A DNA stretch of 30,792 nucleotides from IMG/VR virus record IMGVR_UViG_3300020044_008920, positions 1-30,792 of that record; one strand, written 5' to 3'. Source of the DNA: a virus. Lineage: Duplodnaviria; Caudoviricetes. Position numbers and translations under genes: made by a program. Numbering within the stretch: the first letter of the stretch is position 1; every line of letters begins with the position of its first letter. Positions 25,818-30,792 of this stretch are shown here, one piece after another. Below the pieces are notes generated by a model, which worked only from the letters and a program-made list of their open reading frames with translations, ran no database searches and was not told where the DNA came from.

Positions 25818-26110
25818 TGGAAAAAGACTCAAGAATCGAGCGCGTTGAAGCCCTTCACCCCGGCATGATGGTTATCAGCGGCCCTTACGCCGTCAATTCA
25901 CGAACGCCAGGAATCGCCACTGCTGAAAAAGCGTCCGCCGTGCGCGAGCTAAAAAGCCAGCGAGCAACCAACCCCAAGGCAAAGCTCGTGGTCGTTGGCC
26001 GTTTCGCATGGGTTCTGCGCACCGCCGAGGGGTGGAAAAAAGACCGCAGCAGCGAGGCGTTCAAGTCCGATCACGGGATCAAAGCAGGGAGGGGCGTGAA
26101 GCATGAGTAA
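25817..26110 (+). CDS. Hypothetical protein
   Basis: 97-aa ORF coupled to neighbours. Confidence 0.55.
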   Translation: MEKDSRIERVEALHPGMMVISGPYAVNSRTPGIATAEKASAVRELKSQRATNPKAKLVVVGRFAWVLRTAEGWKKDRSSEAFKSDHGIKAGRGVKHE

Positions 26111-26882
26111 GCGATTCACGGCCACAGAAAAATGGGACAAGCCTTGGTACCGGCGTTTGCCTCCCAGGCTGAAATGCCTTTGGCAGTTTCTTTGCGACCG
26201 CTGCGACCAAGCGGGAGTTATTGAGATGGATTGGGAGCTTGCTTCGTTCCAGATTGGCGAGGCTGTGAAACCTTCCGACCTAGCGGCATTTGAGGGGCAG
26301 ATTCACGAAATGGCGGGCGCTAAACTGTGGCTGAAAGCCTTCGTTGAGTTCCAATACGGCAAGCTGTCAGAGACTTGTCCGGCTCATAAGCCTGTTCTTC
26401 GTTCCATCAAAAAACATTTCGGTGATACCCTATTGATACCCTATCAATACCCTATTGATAGGGTACAGGAAGAGGAAGAGGAAGAGGAAGAGGAAGAGGA
26501 AGAGGAAGAGGAAGAGGGTAAAGAAAAGGAAAGCCGCAAAAAAGCAGCCACAACCGATTGGAGTCCAACCCCTGAACAGTTGACCGTAGGGCAGTTTTTC
26601 AAACGCAGGGCTTCGACCCCTTGGCAGGCAAAGGAGATCAAGGCATGGAATGCCATCCCTGCCGATTCTCTCGCCGATGGAATCGCGATCTTGTCGCCGC
26701 CCTACTTGGCAGGCGAGAAGTATTGCCGCCGCGACCTCATCACCCTGCTGAACAACTGGCAAGGCGAAATTGACCGCTGGCGCTCCTACAAGCCCGCCAT
26801 CCGCTCCGATGTAACGCCAGCCCAGGCCAACTACGACGACCCGGCATTTCTCACCAACGACGACGCTATTTTTCACAAATGA
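26103..26882 (+). CDS. Replication initiator protein (O-like)
   Basis: N-terminal KRFTATEKWDKPWYRRL...LCDRCDQAG domain, central iteron-bearing linker with an E-rich tract, directly upstream of a DnaC-like ATPase. Confidence 0.75.
   Translation: MSKRFTATEKWDKPWYRRLPPRLKCLWQFLCDRCDQAGVIEMDWELASFQIGEAVKPSDLAAFEGQIHEMAGAKLWLKAFVEFQYGKLSETCPAHKPVLRSIKKHFGDTLLIPYQYPIDRVQEEEEEEEEEEEEEEEEGKEKESRKKAATTDWSPTPEQLTVGQFFKRRASTPWQAKEIKAWNAIPADSLADGIAILSPPYLAGEKYCRRDLITLLNNWQGEIDRWRSYKPAIRSDVTPAQANYDDPAFLTNDDAIFHK
26424..26465. repeat. Iteron cluster, candidate replication origin
   Basis: 11-bp repeats GATACCCTATT, GATACCCTATC, AATACCCTATT (26424, 26435, 26446) plus an inverted copy ATAGGGTA (26458-26465). 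Confidence 0.75.
26469..26516 (+). repeat. (GAAGAG)8 microsatellite encoding 16 Glu
   Basis: Eight perfect hexamer copies, in frame. Confidence 0.95.
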
Positions 26883-27679
26883 AAACAATCTCCCTTACCC
26901 CTCCCCCAGGCTGGCGAGCACCAGAAGCCGCACACTTTGCGCCAGAATCGCCGCTAGGGCATTCCGCTACTGTCATACCAACCGAGGCACTTGAAGCGCT
27001 AGAAGCCGTAAACCAACGCAAATGCGCGGCATGTGGCGATTTTTTCGACGCCGTAGGATTAACCGCGCTCTGTGACCCGTGCGGGATCAAAGTGGACGAG
27101 CAAGCGGCACTGCCACCGGTTCGCAAACTCGATTCCACATGGCCCAAACTCCACGCCGAAAAGCTCGACAGCCTGTACGGGCCCGCGCTTGTGATGGCTC
27201 AAAAACTCGCACCAAAGTTATTCGGCAACCGGCTTCTAGTCCTGGCTGGCGACCGAGGGCGAGGCAAGACGCAGATTGCAACGTACATCGCGTTTCACCG
27301 GCTCACCAAAGGACACGACAGCGGCATTTACACCCGCGCCTTCGACATGGTGCGCATGTGTGACGGCTACTCGGAAGCGGCTCGAAAGTCGCTGCTAGCG
27401 TTTCAAAAGGTGCCGTTCCTTTGCGTTGACGAATGCCACAGGCTAGAGCCGCGATACATCCAAGTCGCCGAATCCATCCTTGATGCCCGTTACAGCAACA
27501 AACGCCCGACAATGCTGATTGGAAACTGGATGACGCCCGAAGGCATGGAAAAAGGCGAGGAAGTGAGCGGGCAAAAGCTGAACGGACTCGGCGCTACCCT
27601 CATGGACAGGGTAAATGAGCACACGGTAAACAAAACTGGTGGCGTTGTCTGGTGCAGATGGAACAGCTACAGGAAGTAA
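26879..27679 (+). CDS. DnaC/IstB-like AAA+ ATPase, helicase loader
   Basis: CAAC/CDPC Zn motif, Walker A GDRGRGKT, Walker B LCVDE, ILDARYSNKRPTMLIGN, LG..LMDR. Confidence 0.85.
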   Translation: MKTISLTPPPGWRAPEAAHFAPESPLGHSATVIPTEALEALEAVNQRKCAACGDFFDAVGLTALCDPCGIKVDEQAALPPVRKLDSTWPKLHAEKLDSLYGPALVMAQKLAPKLFGNRLLVLAGDRGRGKTQIATYIAFHRLTKGHDSGIYTRAFDMVRMCDGYSEAARKSLLAFQKVPFLCVDECHRLEPRYIQVAESILDARYSNKRPTMLIGNWMTPEGMEKGEEVSGQKLNGLGATLMDRVNEHTVNKTGGVVWCRWNSYRK

Positions 27680-27703
27680 TGCCACGAACAAACACATAAT
27701 ACC

Positions 27704-28009
27704 ATGAACAACGACACACGATTTACACCCATAAATAAACAATCGGCTATTTTTTTGAGCCGCAAAAGGCAGATTGAGACGGTTTCCGAGGCCATTGAAG
27801 GCGCTGTTAATCACTTAATGTCAGGGCGCATTCAAGAGCAATTGGCTAATGTGTTTTCTGGCGCGTTTGGGCCTGAGCCAGCAGTGACCTTCTCCATAAC
27901 GATTCGCCGCGACGTTGCACACTCAACAAAGTTTGCTTACACCTCGAGAACCCAAGTCAAACACGACATTGGTGGTGATGTGAAGTTTTACGGATTGGAG
28001 TCCAAATAA
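27704..28009 (+). CDS. Hypothetical protein
   Basis: 101 aa; looks AT-richer than its neighbours by eye; shares its first 18 nt with the next gene. Confidence 0.55.
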   Translation: MNNDTRFTPINKQSAIFLSRKRQIETVSEAIEGAVNHLMSGRIQEQLANVFSGAFGPEPAVTFSITIRRDVAHSTKFAYTSRTQVKHDIGGDVKFYGLESK

Positions 28010-28012
28010 GCT

Positions 28013-28555
28013 ATGAACAACGACACACGACCAACACCGGAAACCGACGCGCACATTAAGCGCATGGAGACGGAAGACTTCGACGTTGAGCTTGCCTTGA
28101 CGAACTCGTTCGCCCGCAAAATTGAACGCGAGCGCAACGAAGCCCGCGAAGCCCTCTCAGGCCGAACCGTTTCTTGCGAGCAGTGCAACAAAGCAGCCGC
28201 AGACATCGCCGACCTAAACCAGCGCCTTATCGAGCGCACTGCCGACATGCTGGCAAAGGTTGTCGATCTTGAGGAAAGGAACCGCACGCTTTTGAAAACG
28301 CTCATTGCCCGTGAGGCATATGAAGCTGGGCTGGCGGTCGAGCTAGAAAGCCTTGTAGCCTGCGCCGTACACTCGTGCCACAAAGATTGCCAACAGCCAA
28401 GCTGCAAAGCGAGGCGCGAGAATAAGGCCATGCGCGAGGCGATCAAGGAGGCGGGTAAAATCCTCCAAAGCATCAAACTCAACGACATCTTCGAGGAAAC
28501 GATGCGAAACCACGCCACTTACGCCCTCGCCAAACTCAAACCCTTCATTGCATGA
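28013..28555 (+). CDS. Hypothetical coiled-coil protein
   Basis: 180 aa; TPETDA...FARKIERERNEAREAL motif seen in phage accessory proteins. Confidence 0.65.
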   Translation: MNNDTRPTPETDAHIKRMETEDFDVELALTNSFARKIERERNEAREALSGRTVSCEQCNKAAADIADLNQRLIERTADMLAKVVDLEERNRTLLKTLIAREAYEAGLAVELESLVACAVHSCHKDCQQPSCKARRENKAMREAIKEAGKILQSIKLNDIFEETMRNHATYALAKLKPFIA

Positions 28556-28755
28556 CCGACTATGAACAAATCAGAAACCAATTCAACGAATCCGCCGCCT
28601 GCCGCTATGGAGAAAAGCCACAACTCGACTACGAGCCAGGGTGCGCCTTCATCCAATGCGCCCGCGACGACTGCAAATGCCGACTCAACGACGGCGATGG
28701 CATCGCCACAACCGCTTTCCTCATCGACTGGAGCGCCAGATTTTCCGCCCGCTAA
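28552..28755 (+). CDS. Small Cys-rich protein, possibly Lar-like
   Basis: 67 aa with several Cys and a C-terminal W..R; ATGA overlap. The family call is weak. Confidence 0.45.
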   Translation: MTDYEQIRNQFNESAACRYGEKPQLDYEPGCAFIQCARDDCKCRLNDGDGIATTAFLIDWSARFSAR

Positions 28756-28844
28756 AACCTGCCCGCGCTGCCTTGGCACGAAGATCATCCTTCGCAACGC
28801 AGGAACCGGGCTTTTAAGAGACTGCCCCATTTGCCGCTAACACC

Positions 28845-29138
28845 ATGAGACGAAGCTATCGAAACCACATCAAAGAACTTGTGCCGCTGTATGCCGATAA
28901 AGCCGCGTTGGGTCCACGACCTTGTTCGGTTTGTGGCGGGCCTGCGCGGGGAGGCACGAAACGCCATCCATTAACAAAGTGCTCGCTTCATTATGGGTGC
29001 ATTTGCGCGGCCTGCGGGCACGAGGCTTTTTGGATGACCACAAGGAAGCATCCGGAAGGTCGATGGGTCTGCTTCTCACTTCAATGCGACTGGGTAAGCA
29101 CTGAATACACAAAGCCATTTCATCAACCGAACGACTAA
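28845..29138 (+). CDS. Zinc-finger-like hypothetical protein
   Basis: CSVCGG, CSLH, CAACG and C...QC motifs; stop codon lies inside attC-like site 1. Confidence 0.55.
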   Translation: MRRSYRNHIKELVPLYADKAALGPRPCSVCGGPARGGTKRHPLTKCSLHYGCICAACGHEAFWMTTRKHPEGRWVCFSLQCDWVSTEYTKPFHQPND

Positions 29139-29215
29139 GCTCATGGACGCGCCTCAACAGACTCTAGAATCACCGGAACCGCCGCAGGCGCGCTCCATGC
29201 AGCGCATGGTTCGGC
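29126..29215 (-). mobile_element. attC-like site 1
   Basis: + strand: ACCGAAC-gactaa-GCTCATG-gacgcgcct...aggcgcgctc-CATGCAGC-gcatg-GTTCGGC; 6/5-nt spacers and two unpaired bases on the 3' arm. Confidence 0.75.
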
Positions 29216-29478
29216 GCGTTTGGTTTACAATGGTCTTGGTGCCAGGCAAAGGCTGGACTCGTGTAGGCAAGGCGTATGGCAGCAAAGAAGCGGCGCGGGG
29301 GCGGCTGGGCTTTGTAAGCAAGGCATGGCATGGCCTGCGCACCAAGGTCTCACAATGCACCTTGCGGTGGCAGTGCGGTGAGATGACGCCCCGCAGCCGC
29401 GAAACGCTCTCCACGAAATACAACATGGAGCCGCCAGCGCCCAACGCCAGGAGTGATGCGCCCGGAGCATCTGAATAG
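29143..29478 (+). CDS. Hypothetical protein, cassette-like gene 1
   Basis: 111 aa; starts inside site 1 and stops inside site 2. Confidence 0.6.
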   Translation: MDAPQQTLESPEPPQARSMQRMVRRVWFTMVLVPGKGWTRVGKAYGSKEAARGRLGFVSKAWHGLRTKVSQCTLRWQCGEMTPRSRETLSTKYNMEPPAPNARSDAPGASE

Positions 29479-29534
29479 CAAATGAGCCGTAACTGGAGAG
29501 CTTATACCGGGTCGAATCCACTCTCTTGTTGGGC
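29439..29534 (-). mobile_element. attC-like site 2
   Basis: + strand: GCCCAAC-gccagg-AGTGATG-cgcccgg...ccgggtcg-AATCCACT-ctctt-GTTGGGC. Confidence 0.7.
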
Positions 29535-29553
29535 ATCTTCTCTTTGAATTACC

Positions 29554-29853
29554 ATGAAACCATACTACTACATCTACCGCGTCGGAGGAAGTCACCCGAA
29601 GACCAAGCACTACACGCTTGAATCAGCGCACGCTGAGTCTCTGCGTCTCGCTGGCCAGCATCCAGGCGAAACATTCGAGATTCTGAAATGCATCGGGATA
29701 ACGCGCACCGTCACGCCTCAAACTTTCTGGATGGATGGCGTGATACCTCCACACATATGCGTGATGAATCGGCTGATGGACGACACATGTGGCATCTGCG
29801 GACGGCCTTTGGAGAACGTCTCGGATCAGAGGACCGCGAGCAAAAAGCCATGA
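29554..29853 (+). CDS. Hypothetical protein, cassette-like gene 2
   Basis: 99 aa; H.TLESA.AES.RLA.QHPGETFEIL motif; stops inside site 3. Confidence 0.65.
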   Translation: MKPYYYIYRVGGSHPKTKHYTLESAHAESLRLAGQHPGETFEILKCIGITRTVTPQTFWMDGVIPPHICVMNRLMDDTCGICGRPLENVSDQRTASKKP

Positions 29854-29902
29854 AGACACCACAGCCTAATTCGAGCGGTTCTCTGCATCCGATTTGTTCT
29901 GC
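29811..29902 (-). mobile_element. attC-like site 3
   Basis: + strand: GGAGAAC-gtctcg-GATCAGA-ggaccgc...gcggttc-TCTGCATC-cgattt-GTTCTGC; the right spacer is 6 nt, slightly atypical. Confidence 0.65.
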
Positions 29903-30143
29903 ATTGCGCACGTTCGAGGTGCATGTGAAGGACTGGCCTGACTCGGCGGGAATATATGCGGCCACGACACCGGCAAAGGCAAAATTCCAGGCGTGGAGAG
30001 GTGCGCACTCGGCTGGTTATCACACGGTGACATTCGGCGATCTGCGGGTGAAACGCACGCCAGAGTTCGACAAGCTCGCCGGAGAGTTAAAGCGCGGCGG
30101 CGTAAATCGTGACCACGCGCGCCTGTTGATGCAGAACGCATAA
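29850..30143 (+). CDS. Hypothetical protein, cassette-like gene 3
   Basis: 97 aa from MKTPQPNS; YAATTPAKAKF...LRVKR.PEFD; starts inside site 3 and stops inside site 4. Confidence 0.65.
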   Translation: MKTPQPNSSGSLHPICSALRTFEVHVKDWPDSAGIYAATTPAKAKFQAWRGAHSAGYHTVTFGDLRVKRTPEFDKLAGELKRGGVNRDHARLLMQNA

Positions 30144-30221
30144 GGTCATGGACGCGGCCCCCTTCCAGCTTGAAATCACGACAGACGCGCCCGCCGCGTT
30201 CCATGCACCGCCTTGTTCTGG
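30131..30221 (-). mobile_element. attC-like site 4
   Basis: + strand: GCAGAAC-gcataa-GGTCATG-gacgcggc...gccgcgttc-CATGCACC-gcctt-GTTCTGG; unpaired T and C on the 3' arm. Confidence 0.78.
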
Positions 30222-30792
30222 GTCTTTGGATCTGCGGCTTGGCGACTGCATGGAGGGAATGAAAACCTTCCCGGATGGCTACTTCGATCTTGCCGTGGTC
30301 GATCCGCCTTACGGCATTGGCGAGGACGGCGGGAAGTTCCGTGGGCGCAAAGGCCAAGGGCATCGGGTGCTGCCGAAAAAGGGATGGGACAAAGAACCGC
30401 CGCCCCCAGAATACTTCGAGGAACTCCGCCGCGTGTCGAAGCATCAAATCATCTGGGGCGGGAACTACTTCCCACTTCCGCCGTCGCGCTGCTGGCTGTT
30501 TTGGGACAAGCTCATGGGTGGCGACTTCGCAGATGGGGAACTCGCATGGACGAGCCTGGATCGCGTGGTGAAAAAGTTCACGAAGTGCAACAAGGATCAC
30601 GGACACATCCACCCGACGCAGAAACCCGTGGCACTCTACAAGTGGACGCTGGCCAACTTCGCCGCGCCGGGGATGCGCGTGCTGGATACGCACTTGGGAA
30701 GCGGAAGCATCGCCATCGCCGCACACTACGCCGGAATCCACCTCACGGCATTCGAGATAGATGCCGATTACTTCCACGCGGCAAAAGCCCGC
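30148..30792 (+). CDS. DNA N6-adenine / N4-cytosine methyltransferase, beta class (3'-truncated; not in ORF track)
   Basis: Frame open from ATG 30148 to the window end: GDCMEGM, DLAVVDPPYG, IIWGGNYF, HPTQKPVALY, VLDTHLGSGS. Confidence 0.92.
   Translation, partial: MDAAPFQLEITTDAPAAFHAPPCSGSLDLRLGDCMEGMKTFPDGYFDLAVVDPPYGIGEDGGKFRGRKGQGHRVLPKKGWDKEPPPPEYFEELRRVSKHQIIWGGNYFPLPPSRCWLFWDKLMGGDFADGELAWTSLDRVVKKFTKCNKDHGHIHPTQKPVALYKWTLANFAAPGMRVLDTHLGSGSIAIAAHYAGIHLTAFEIDADYFHAAKAR

Noticed and set aside
29126-30221. The four hairpins as a CRISPR array or intrinsic terminators
   Set aside because: The repeats are not identical, are ~90 bp long and are separated by whole genes. They lack U-tracts and are overlapped by coding sequence.

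Overview
The window is about 31 kb of a temperate tailed phage with a lambdoid/siphovirus-like layout, apparently in its non-integrated form because a candidate attP is intact with phage genes on both sides. Nearly all genes are on the + strand. Order: head module (GpA-type terminase truncated by the window edge, lambda-type portal, S49 protease, scaffold, P22-coat-like major capsid), neck and tail genes, tail fibres, a lysis cassette with a CHAP endolysin, a moron-like gene with its own sigma70 promoter, a candidate attP matching a tRNA-Ala 3' end, and a tyrosine integrase. Next come a regulatory region with three small ribbon-helix-helix (RHH)-like genes and palindromic operators but no recognisable CI/Cro, Bet plus a YqaJ/Exo nuclease, an SSB-like gene, a replication initiator with internal iterons plus a DnaC-like loader, and small accessory genes ending in a DNA methyltransferase (truncated). 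The most unusual element is an array of four ~90-96 bp imperfect palindromes at 29126-30221. They have integron attC architecture (AAC/GTT core boxes, L boxes with extrahelical bases), separate single genes, and are oriented opposite to normal cassettes. All product calls come from motif recognition and synteny; no database searches were run. The host is unknown; a PVC-group bacterium such as Verrucomicrobiota is only a guess.
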